Shown: positions 7,490 through 15,060 of the stretch, piece by piece | Numbering within the stretch: position 1 is the first letter of the stretch | How the letters are laid out: every line of letters starts with the position of its first letter | Origin: a virus | Lineage: Duplodnaviria; Caudoviricetes | IMG/VR virus record: IMGVR_UViG_3300008255_000460 | Span: 1-24,496 of that record | DNA length: 24,496 nt | Direction: 5' to 3' (one strand) | Made by a program: the position numbers and the translations under genes | The notes under the pieces: generated by a model | Databases searched by the model: none | The model's input: the letters and a program-made list of their open reading frames with translations, nothing else | Told to the model about the DNA's origin: nothing

Positions 7490-7738
7490 ATGCCTAAAAA
7501 GATTCACAACACAGAAGTCACAGATCAGAATCTCCGCGATGATGAGTTTGTGAAATTAGTCTACGAGTTGTTGGAAAAGTTTGGCCGTGTGAAGGTTACT
7601 AATCTCGGCGTTTTCCATCTCAAAGACTATCCGGCCCGGACCGTTCGTAATCCAAAGACTAACGGTACTATGCGCATTGGTCCCCGCGTGATGATCAAGT
7701 TCCGTCCGAGTAGCGTCTTAACCAGAGAATTTAACTGA
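7490..7738 (+). CDS. HU/IHF family DNA-binding protein
   Basis: VKVTNLGVF, ARTVRNPKT, IKFRPS signature. Confidence 0.9.
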   Translation: MPKKIHNTEVTDQNLRDDEFVKLVYELLEKFGRVKVTNLGVFHLKDYPARTVRNPKTNGTMRIGPRVMIKFRPSSVLTREFN

Positions 7739-7739
7739 T

Positions 7740-7925
7740 ATGCAGTGGGATCTAATGCTCCAAAATCGCTGTCCAAAATGTCACAAGGGAGATTTAGATT
7801 GGCGCTCAGTCCCCGGATATCTATCTTGCCAAAAGTCTGAATGCGGATTCGCAATTAACAAACTGAAGTTCGATGCAATCTGCCGTAAGATGTCGGCAGA
7901 ACGCGCACAAAAATATGGATTCTGA
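7740..7925 (+). CDS. Small zinc-ribbon protein
   Basis: CPKC...C..SECGF. Confidence 0.65.
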   Translation: MQWDLMLQNRCPKCHKGDLDWRSVPGYLSCQKSECGFAINKLKFDAICRKMSAERAQKYGF

Positions 7926-8370
7926 AATAAAAACCCTAATCAAGCTGTACTTCAAGACCGTAGTCAAAGCGGCCTTTAAAGAACTTTTAGAGGAGGAGTA
8001 TCCGGAGTTTTTTGTAGAGACTGAACCGATCGCCGAGGACGATATTAGAAAGGATCTAGACATGGAGGATCCGCAGCCAGAGAAAGATACAGGACCAAGC
8101 GAGGACGGCAAAAAGATTAGGCGCTGCGGGTTATGCGGACAAGGTGGTCACCGGAGAGATAACTGCAAAGAAAGAGATCAGGGTAAGCCAGACGACAATG
8201 AATTTATGTTTGGCTACTCATTCGAGGAGGCGGACAAGATGATTGATGAGTATGAGGAACTGGAGGGTGATTCCCGTAAACTGAAGTTTATCGCGGACAC
8301 TGGACTATCCAAGCCCCAATTCTTCTCTCTAAAAATCGAAGTCGCAAAACGATGGAAAGAAAACACCTAA
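7915..8370 (+). CDS. Acidic protein with CCHC zinc knuckle
   Basis: CGLCGQGGHRRDNC (CX2CX4HX4C); start likely ATG 7915. Confidence 0.7.
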   Translation: MDSEIKTLIKLYFKTVVKAAFKELLEEEYPEFFVETEPIAEDDIRKDLDMEDPQPEKDTGPSEDGKKIRRCGLCGQGGHRRDNCKERDQGKPDDNEFMFGYSFEEADKMIDEYEELEGDSRKLKFIADTGLSKPQFFSLKIEVAKRWKENT

Positions 8371-8375
8371 CCAAC

Positions 8376-8618
8376 ATGGCTAAGCTAACCACGGCAGAAT
8401 ACAACCAATGGAAAAGCGAATGCAAGAAGTGGCGCAAGCTATCACACAAAGTCTTGGCTTGGAGCTTCGCTGGATTGGTGGTCGCGATAGTAGGCTTAAT
8501 ACTCGGCGATATTCTTTTATCGGTTGTCGGCTTTTTCGGAAATCTGGTTGCCTTTCTAATCAGCGTCATATATACAGGCCCTAATTATCGCAAAGCAATA
8601 AGATCTATTTATGGCTAA
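8376..8618 (+). CDS. Two-TM membrane protein
   Basis: Two hydrophobic stretches; start likely ATG 8376. Confidence 0.65.
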   Translation: MAKLTTAEYNQWKSECKKWRKLSHKVLAWSFAGLVVAIVGLILGDILLSVVGFFGNLVAFLISVIYTGPNYRKAIRSIYG

Positions 8619-8754
8619 GCTAAAGATTCTCCGCACAATTTTCATGGCCGGGGTTGCCTTGTTCTGGATAGTAATCCTCCTTAGCAATGCTCTAAGCTCT
8701 TATTCCGACACCACTCAAGATTCTGACATAGAAGTAAGTCTCTTTCGAAAATAA
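8611..8754 (+). CDS. Small single-TM protein (47 aa)
   Basis: MAKLKILRTIFMAGVALFWIVILLSNALSS...; fills the gap between neighbours. Translated by hand. Confidence 0.55.
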   Translation: MAKLKILRTIFMAGVALFWIVILLSNALSSYSDTTQDSDIEVSLFRK

Positions 8755-8760
8755 AATTCT

Positions 8761-9327
8761 ATGCCTAAGAAAGACATAAAAAAATCGACCAAGCGTAGAA
8801 AGGGAAAGAAGGCTACAGTTAACCAGAGAAGGGTTGCGCAAATCGTGGCTGAGCAAGTCAGAAAAGGTGAGAAAGTGAGCGTGTCCGCAGCAATGCGCAA
8901 AGCTGGCTACTCTCCAAGCACTGCGAGCAAGCCTCATAAGGTAACTGAGAGTAAGGCCTGGCAAGAGCTTTTGGACGAGTATCTCCCCGAGGAGTATCTT
9001 TCTACTCGGCATCGCGAGCTTGCCGATGCCATGACTCTTAAAAGTTTCACACTCCCGGATATTCCCGACGAAGCCATCCGAGAGATGTTCTCTGCCGGAG
9101 GAATAGAGGTCATCAGCATTAACGAGTACGAGACTAAAAAAGGAAACACTCGCAAAGCCGTGTTGCTATCTATTCCAGAGAGCTTAACCCGTGCGCGTGC
9201 TTTAGAGCTGGCCTATAAAATCCGTGGTAAGATGGCCCCGCAAGTCATGGAGCACCGCTTCGCAAATATGGACAAAGATCAGTTAGTTCAATACATCATG
9301 ACTCTAATGAACGATCCGGATCTTTAA
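8761..9327 (+). CDS. terS: Probable terminase small subunit
   Basis: AAMRKAGYSPSTA HTH-like motif, RALELAYKIRG, and position upstream of TerL. Confidence 0.65.
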   Translation: MPKKDIKKSTKRRKGKKATVNQRRVAQIVAEQVRKGEKVSVSAAMRKAGYSPSTASKPHKVTESKAWQELLDEYLPEEYLSTRHRELADAMTLKSFTLPDIPDEAIREMFSAGGIEVISINEYETKKGNTRKAVLLSIPESLTRARALELAYKIRGKMAPQVMEHRFANMDKDQLVQYIMTLMNDPDL

Positions 9328-9331
9328 CAAT
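9319..9331 (+). promoter_or_regulatory. boxA-like element
   Basis: GATCTTTAACAAT versus E. coli rrn boxA TGCTCTTTAACAA; overlaps the stop codon. Confidence 0.5.
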
Positions 9332-9509
9332 CTAAGACCTTTGAGCCGGGCGCTTTAGCTTCCGGCCCAGTGGTTTTTAGTGATTTTCCACTGGTAGTAA
9401 TGAACGCGGTATTTTGCCGGTCTCAACCGCCGGCTGGGCAGGTTCTGACTGGGGGCGCTTCACCTCCACCAGACGTAAGCAAAATTTCGGGCCTGCCCTT
9501 ATCCGCGTC

Positions 9510-9537
9510 TTGACAAGCGAACGGTTTGCTGTATACT
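9510..9537 (+). promoter_or_regulatory. Promoter with operator in the spacer
   Basis: TTGACA-16-TATACT; AAGCGAACGG at 9515-9524. Confidence 0.75.
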
Positions 9538-9543
9538 ATAAAT

Positions 9544-9700
9544 AGGTTCGCTAAGTGGGGGTTATGGGGAAGCAGGGCGCGTGCAGCCGGAAGCGCAGAT
9601 ACGGCATCCCGAACGTGGCTCCCACTTAGCGAATCTGTAAAAGTCGGAGTAGTGACGAAATCCACTTCACCCCCGAACCCCACACCCTAAAACACTCCGA
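9544..9700 (+). ncRNA. Putative structured RNA or leader of the RtcB island
   Basis: Stem of about 23 bp, 9544-9566/9614-9636 (13 perfect pairs plus G-U); second stem 9644-9650/9694-9700; starts at the predicted TSS. Confidence 0.55.
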
Positions 9701-9735
9701 ATGCGGAGAGATCGTAGAAAATTAACCTAAAACTT

Positions 9736-9864
9736 ATGGGAACACGAGGAAAAGGCAAAGCCCGACAAAAGAAAAGAGAGAAGTTTAAGAGCGTACACCC
9801 GGAGGGGAGGAAGGCGTTTGCCAAGGCAAAGCGAAGGGCTAGGTTGGAGAGGTCGTATAATTAA
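9736..9864 (+). CDS. Arg/Lys-rich peptide (42 aa)
   Basis: MGTRGKGKARQKKREKFKSVHPEGRKAFAKAKRRARLERSYN*, after an A-rich leader. Translated by hand. Confidence 0.5.
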   Translation: MGTRGKGKARQKKREKFKSVHPEGRKAFAKAKRRARLERSYN

Positions 9865-9880
9865 CAAGGAATAAGGACAT

Positions 9881-10216
9881 ATGAAAGTAATAAAATCAGA
9901 AGAAAATTTGTTGGAGTTTGACAACGGATTAAAGGTTATTGGAGATGGCGATGAGGATTGTTGTGCATATAACTATCTGGATTTTGAACAACTACCAGTA
10001 GGTACGGAATTGCCCACAATGGATTTGGAGGACTTCCACAAGAATATATCCATCAAAGAGGATGGATTTGCCGTAAAAGACATAGACGGGATACCTAAAT
10101 GGGTTCAAGCCCGGTCTGATCAAAATGGCTACTACTCTAATATGACGACACTGGTGCTGAAGCAGGGAGATAAAAAAATAACCTCTAAGGAGTTTTCCGG
10201 TGAAGAATATGAATAA
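9881..10216 (+). CDS. Acidic phage protein (DCC...NGYYS type)
   Basis: DEDCCAYNY and QNGYYS; TAAGGA SD-like site upstream. Confidence 0.75.
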   Translation: MKVIKSEENLLEFDNGLKVIGDGDEDCCAYNYLDFEQLPVGTELPTMDLEDFHKNISIKEDGFAVKDIDGIPKWVQARSDQNGYYSNMTTLVLKQGDKKITSKEFSGEEYE

Positions 10217-11387
10217 AATCAACGATAAAATAGTAGCCTTCCTTCCCGAAGAAACCATTGAGGAGAAGGCATTGGTGCAACTTAAAAACATCTCAGAATT
10301 GCCATTCCTATTTCCCCATGTTGCGGTTATGCCGGATTGCCATTTAGGCAAAGGCGCGACAGTCGGTTCAGTTGTCCCCACTATCGGTGCAGTCGTACCT
10401 GCTTGTGTTGGCGTGGATATTGGGTGCGGAATGATAGCCGTTAAGACCAAGTTCAAGCGAGAGGATTTACCCGTAGACCTTTCTGGAATTAGAGAGGGTA
10501 TAGAACGGCGTATCCCGCTTTCTGCAGGAAAGTTCAATCAAAAAATAACTGAAACTGCACAAAAAAGGATAGACGTACTTAAAGCAAAGGAAGAAGTGGA
10601 CTACACCGAGATTGATTCTAAGTGGGAGTATGCGATTGGCTCTCTTGGTTCAGGCAATCACTTCATTGAGATAACCCTAGATGAACAGGGTAGTATCTGG
10701 GCGTTTCTTCATTCTGGGTCTCGAGGCGTGGGCAATAAAATTGCTATGAAGCACATTAAGATTGCTCAAGACCTTATGGACAAGTGGCACATAAATCTTG
10801 CAGATAAAGACTTAGCATACTTACCCGAAGGAATACCAGAGTTTGACGCTTACATTCGGGATATGAATTGGGCACAGGAGTTTGCCTTACTTAATCGGGA
10901 GGAGATGATGGATAGGGTTTTGACTGAGCTTAGCTATGCAATGTATGGCGAAGGTGGACGACAAGATGAGTTTACGCTAGAGCGTATTAACTGCCACCAT
11001 AATTTTACCCAGAAAGAACATCACTTTGGGAAAGATGTTTGGCTGACTCGTAAAGGAGCAATACTCGCAAGCGAGGGAACCTACGGTCTTATTCCCGGCT
11101 CTATGGGAACAAAAAGCTATGTTGTTAGAGGTTTGGGAAATCCACTTAGTTTTAACTCTGCTCCTCACGGCGCAGGGCGCAACTTCAGTCGCACAGAAGC
11201 TCGCCGAAGGTTTACGATGGCCGACCTAGAAAAATCGATGGAGGGTAAAGAGTGGCGCAAAACAGATGCTTTTATTGATGAACTTCCCGGCGCATACAAA
11301 GACATTGATGTTGTAATGGAAAATGCCAAGGAACTCGTAAGAATAGAGCACGTCTTCAATCAGATTATAAACGTAAAAGGGGATTAA
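10209..11387 (+). CDS. rtcB: RtcB RNA 2',3'-cyclic phosphate/5'-OH ligase
   Basis: MPDCHLG, VGVDIGCGM, GSLGSGNHFIE, LHSGSRG, HHN, PGSMG, HGAGR, DELPGAYKDI, NVKG; the catalytic motifs look intact. Confidence 0.97.
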   Translation: MNKINDKIVAFLPEETIEEKALVQLKNISELPFLFPHVAVMPDCHLGKGATVGSVVPTIGAVVPACVGVDIGCGMIAVKTKFKREDLPVDLSGIREGIERRIPLSAGKFNQKITETAQKRIDVLKAKEEVDYTEIDSKWEYAIGSLGSGNHFIEITLDEQGSIWAFLHSGSRGVGNKIAMKHIKIAQDLMDKWHINLADKDLAYLPEGIPEFDAYIRDMNWAQEFALLNREEMMDRVLTELSYAMYGEGGRQDEFTLERINCHHNFTQKEHHFGKDVWLTRKGAILASEGTYGLIPGSMGTKSYVVRGLGNPLSFNSAPHGAGRNFSRTEARRRFTMADLEKSMEGKEWRKTDAFIDELPGAYKDIDVVMENAKELVRIEHVFNQIINVKGD

Positions 11388-11399
11388 CCCAAGGAGGAA

Positions 11400-11552
11400 A
11401 TGAAGGACTATTACTTAACTGCATACTGCTCAGCAAGGAAAAGATGGTTTACTTGGCACGGCTGGTTGATGGAAGAATTGAAACCGCTAGTAAAAGCAGA
11501 GGGATTAATAAAACTCAAAAAAGTGCAGAAAATTAAGACGAGGGGGAAATGA
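11400..11552 (+). CDS. Small basic hypothetical protein (50 aa)
   Basis: AAGGAGG SD; ATGA overlap with the methyltransferase. Translated by hand. Confidence 0.6.
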   Translation: MKDYYLTAYCSARKRWFTWHGWLMEELKPLVKAEGLIKLKKVQKIKTRGK

Positions 11553-12034
11553 GATACAACGAAAAGAAAATCCTAGACGCTTGCTGTGGTAGCCGGATGT
11601 TCTGGTTTGATAAAAAGCACCCCAGCACGCTTTATATTGACAACCGGACAATGCCTCCAACCAAGCAGACGAACGGAGCTACAATCACCGTAGCGCCGGA
11701 TGAAGTAATGGACTTCCGAAAACTGAATTTGCCGGATGACACATTTTCACTCGTTGTTTTTGACCCACCGCATATCTTGAAGCGCGGCGGTAAGCGCTCG
11801 TATATGAAAGAAAAATATGGGGAACTTGATAGGGCAAACTGGAAAGAGGATTTAACGGCCGGGTTTGCAGAGTTATTTCGTGTACTAAAACCGGACGGAG
11901 TGTTGATTTTCAAATGGAATGAAATTGATATACCCGTAAGAGAAGTGCTTGCCCTAACACCGGTACGGCCGTTATTCGGACATCGTTCCGGCAAGGCAAG
12001 CAAGACTCATTGGATAGCATTTATAAAACTTTAA
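11549..12034 (+). CDS. Class I SAM-dependent (N6A/N4C-type) methyltransferase
   Basis: ILDACCGSRMFWFDK, VVFDPPH, FRVLKPDGVLIFKWNE. Confidence 0.9.
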   Translation: MRYNEKKILDACCGSRMFWFDKKHPSTLYIDNRTMPPTKQTNGATITVAPDEVMDFRKLNLPDDTFSLVVFDPPHILKRGGKRSYMKEKYGELDRANWKEDLTAGFAELFRVLKPDGVLIFKWNEIDIPVREVLALTPVRPLFGHRSGKASKTHWIAFIKL

Positions 12035-12147
12035 CCCAAGGAGGAAACAAAAAGCGCGGCCTCTTAAGGATCCCCGCGCTAGTTGATCGCCGGGGATTGA
12101 ACCCAGCTACACCATATATAACGAAAAAGAACACATTATATTACAAA

Positions 12148-12471
12148 ATGCAAACACCAGTAAGATTCAACAAAGGCGAAAAGATCGTTACTGACTATCG
12201 TTCCTATCCAGGGGCTTCGTTCTTAGTCAGCCTTGGGTCCTGGGCAGGATTCAAATTCAATATGGGGAAGGCCGGCATTCGGGCAAATGTCGGCTGGCTG
12301 AGTATCGGAATTTACTTCTTTGAGCTTGAGGGATACACGACAGACGCAGTCTCGCATCTTCGCAATATAGTCAACGACAATGACGGTATGTATAGTATGG
12401 TGAAAAATATGCAGCGCCGGCAGTCCGGCCGCCCGTGGCTCCATAAGAAACGCAAAAAGAAAAAACGATGA
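12148..12471 (+). CDS. Hypothetical protein with basic C-tail
   Basis: Part of ORF 12010..12471; ATG 12148 is the plausible start. Confidence 0.6.
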   Translation: MQTPVRFNKGEKIVTDYRSYPGASFLVSLGSWAGFKFNMGKAGIRANVGWLSIGIYFFELEGYTTDAVSHLRNIVNDNDGMYSMVKNMQRRQSGRPWLHKKRKKKKR

Positions 12472-12632
12472 ATAACTACAATCCAAAAGACTTTGAATTC
12501 ACTAGCTGTACCACGTCAATGGGATCTGAATTTGATCTGCAAGTTTTGGAATTCCTAAAGCACGGTTGGTTAATCGTATGGATTTATACCTCCGAACGCT
12601 CAGCGACTGCTTTTCTAGCTCGCCCGAAGTAG
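12468..12632 (+). CDS. Hypothetical protein (54 aa)
   Basis: ATGA overlap with the upstream gene; MNNYNPKDFEF...AFLARPK*. Translated by hand. Confidence 0.5.
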   Translation: MNNYNPKDFEFTSCTTSMGSEFDLQVLEFLKHGWLIVWIYTSERSATAFLARPK

Positions 12633-12665
12633 CGAACCGTAGGCTTTTGTAGTATAATTATTCCA

Positions 12666-14186
12666 ATGAGAGGACTAGAGGAGATTCGGCAGCAACTAGC
12701 ACACAAATCGCAAAAAGAGCTGGTCAACTTAGCCCAGGCTCTTAGTGAGGTAAAACGTAGAGACAACTCCAGCCGTGGTGAGCTTTACGTCCCTAACGGA
12801 GCATGTGAGGACTACATTGACATGGTTGGTATGAATAGGACTTTTGTAAACTTATTCGCAGCTGCCAACGGTGTGGGTAAAAGCGCGGTTGGTGCGAACC
12901 TGATTCGGAATATCTGTTATGGCCCAGCCAATGAGTGGTTTGACTTTGAGCTTTTCGCCAACTGGCCATATCTACGGAAAGGCAGGATCATCGCGGATAC
13001 CAAGACTGTGCAAGAAAAGATCGTGCCGGAATTGGAAAAATGGTTTCCGGATCCATCTCGCTATAAGCGCTGGAAAAACAGTCAAAGCTATTATTCCAAA
13101 TGGGTGACAGATACAGGATTTGAGTTTGATATCATGACTTACAACCAAGATCCAGTGGAGTTTGAATCTGTGGAATTGGGGTTTGTGTGGTTTGACGAAC
13201 CACCTCCGCTTTCCATCTATCGAGCAACCATTGGGCGTGGCCGGCGGGGAATGATTGTTTTTCTGACCCTGACCCCGCTTAAGCACTCGGCTTGGATTAA
13301 GAACGACATCGTAGATGAAGCAGACAAAGAAGAGATCTTAGGCAAAGAGTTTCGCCAGAAAGGATATGTGACTGGTGAGATCGAGCAAAACTGCAAAGAG
13401 CACGGGACCCGAGGGATTCTGAATCATATCGATATCGACAAGATGCTGGCCGAGTATCCGCCGGATGAATACGAAGCGCGCGCCAAAGGCAAGTTTGGTC
13501 ACCTCATGGGCAGAGTCCACAAACTATTTGATCGGAACATCCACGTGATCAAGCCTTTCCAGCTCAATCAACGAGATTATTCGGTATATCAGTTCCTGGA
13601 CCCGCATCCCCGGACTCCGGATGCGGCTAGCTGGTTTGCTCTGGATAGGAATGATCAGATATACCAAGTAGCTGAGTTGTATATGACGGGCTCAACTAAG
13701 GAGCTCGCGTATCAGATCAAGAAAACAGAGAAAGATCTCGACATGCGTATTGAGGGGCGATTCATTGATCCATCAGCCTACAATGAAGATAAGCACAACG
13801 ACTTTTCCTTAGCCGCGGACTTAGCTGGCTATGGTCTTCACTATCAGCCCGGGAGTAAGGACTTGGACCAAGGCATTCGTTTGACTAATGAAGGTCTATC
13901 CTATAGCGCCCAGAATGGAAAGGTGATTGTTCCGCCACGGTACTATATCTTCAACACTTGTGAACGCACAATCTGGGAGTTTGAGAACTATATCTGGGAT
14001 GACTGGCGTGGTGCGGAGGCCATGGATCGCAACCCTAAGGCTAAGCCAAAAGACAAAGACGACCACATGATGGAAAACCTACATCGAGGATTCTTAGCTG
14101 ATCTGAGGTTCCGTACTATGGTTAAAGCAAATTCGAACACAAACATTGGCGAGGTCGAATCCGCCAAATTAGATCCTTACGATTAA
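12666..14186 (+). CDS. terL: Terminase large subunit
   Basis: Walker A AANGVGKS, Walker B FVWFDEPP, LTLTP, nuclease FLDPHP and KDDH; TATAAT ends 7 nt before the ATG. Confidence 0.93.
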   Translation: MRGLEEIRQQLAHKSQKELVNLAQALSEVKRRDNSSRGELYVPNGACEDYIDMVGMNRTFVNLFAAANGVGKSAVGANLIRNICYGPANEWFDFELFANWPYLRKGRIIADTKTVQEKIVPELEKWFPDPSRYKRWKNSQSYYSKWVTDTGFEFDIMTYNQDPVEFESVELGFVWFDEPPPLSIYRATIGRGRRGMIVFLTLTPLKHSAWIKNDIVDEADKEEILGKEFRQKGYVTGEIEQNCKEHGTRGILNHIDIDKMLAEYPPDEYEARAKGKFGHLMGRVHKLFDRNIHVIKPFQLNQRDYSVYQFLDPHPRTPDAASWFALDRNDQIYQVAELYMTGSTKELAYQIKKTEKDLDMRIEGRFIDPSAYNEDKHNDFSLAADLAGYGLHYQPGSKDLDQGIRLTNEGLSYSAQNGKVIVPPRYYIFNTCERTIWEFENYIWDDWRGAEAMDRNPKAKPKDKDDHMMENLHRGFLADLRFRTMVKANSNTNIGEVESAKLDPYD

Positions 14187-14197
14187 CAAATTATTTT

Positions 14198-14740
14198 ATG
14201 AACATAAAACATCCAACTGAAGGCGTGCTGGCAGAAGCTCACGCCGGCCTACGAGTTATTATTCCTAAAAAGCCGAGTCGTCCGGTGCGGTTGACTGATT
14301 TGGCACGAGTTTGGAAAGACAGCTCCAGAATAAAATTAGCCATGATGAACCCGTTCCCCGGGCGCTATCCAGTGGCATTTAGTATTGCTCATCCTCAAAT
14401 TGAGGAGAGCGATCCGCTAAGATTCTTTGTTGTAGGCAACGCGCGCTTCGCCGATGGTAAAAAACTCAAGTGGTATTTTGGAGGTATGAGGACGATCATC
14501 AATCCACAGATTATTTGGAAGTCGGAAACCACGACCCGGTACAAAGAGGCCTGCATGAGTTTTCCGTTTGAGGCACCCAAGAAAATAAATCGCCACAACG
14601 TAGTGGTGATAAAGTACTGGACATTCCTTGGACCTCGTACGAAAAAGTTTTACGAGGAACGCGCGCAGATGTTTCAACACGAGATAGATCATTTTCACGG
14701 GGTCACCTTGTACGAACGCTGGAAAAAGAAAAAGCGGTAG
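14198..14740 (+). CDS. def: Divergent peptide deformylase
   Basis: SIAHPQ (motif 1), IINPQI, EACMS (motif 2), FQHEIDHFHG (motif 3). Confidence 0.85.
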   Translation: MNIKHPTEGVLAEAHAGLRVIIPKKPSRPVRLTDLARVWKDSSRIKLAMMNPFPGRYPVAFSIAHPQIEESDPLRFFVVGNARFADGKKLKWYFGGMRTIINPQIIWKSETTTRYKEACMSFPFEAPKKINRHNVVVIKYWTFLGPRTKKFYEERAQMFQHEIDHFHGVTLYERWKKKKR

Positions 14741-14787
14741 TGGATAACTTTTTTCGGATAGCAATAAAATTATATCTTTGTCAATAT

Positions 14788-15060
14788 ATGGAAGACAATC
14801 TCATCAACATTCGCATTGAACCCTCGGGAGCGACTTATACTTTCAATATCAACGGCTACAAAATAACTTTTCAGATCGGCCCGCGCGAGAATAACGGGCA
14901 TCCGTTAGATATCCTTCAAGCAGATCTTGCGTCTTTAGTAAGAGCGATCAGCCACCTGGAGCGGTTCGATCTGTCCCAAGTCAATAGTAAAAAACCCTTA
15001 ACCTTAAGCGATTTCCTCCAGCATGCAGAAATCAAAAAAGACGATGAACCAGCCGGTTAA
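14788..15060 (+). CDS. Hypothetical protein
   Basis: Part of ORF 14740..15060; ATG 14788 likely. Confidence 0.6.
   Translation: MEDNLINIRIEPSGATYTFNINGYKITFQIGPRENNGHPLDILQADLASLVRAISHLERFDLSQVNSKKPLTLSDFLQHAEIKKDDEPAG

Larger units (their letters stand above)
11384..12047 (+). repeat. 17-bp direct repeat TTAACCCAAGGAGGAAA at 11384-11400 and 12031-12047
   Basis: Exact match read from the sequence; brackets two genes. Confidence 0.85.

Noticed and set aside
9400-9513. 37-codon ORF in the structured region after terS
   Set aside because: No initiation signal, Pro/Gly-rich translation, and it overlaps the stems and the -35 element.
9557-9624. tRNA, SRP RNA or Y RNA identity for the long-stem RNA
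   Set aside because: No TTCRA T-loop or cloverleaf; the SRP helix-8 motif is only loosely matched; no Ro60 in the window. Kept as an unassigned RNA.
12630-12640. TAGCGAACCGT as a fifth operator copy upstream of terL
   Set aside because: Two mismatches, a different position relative to the -10, and it overlaps a stop codon; may be chance.
12666-14186. Intron or intein in terL, or the HNH gene being intron-encoded
   Set aside because: TerL is continuous and of normal length; the HNH gene has its own promoter and does not interrupt a recognisable gene.
14756-14784. Antisense promoter (TTGACA on the minus strand at 14779-14784)
   Set aside because: No acceptable -10 element at 16-18 nt spacing.
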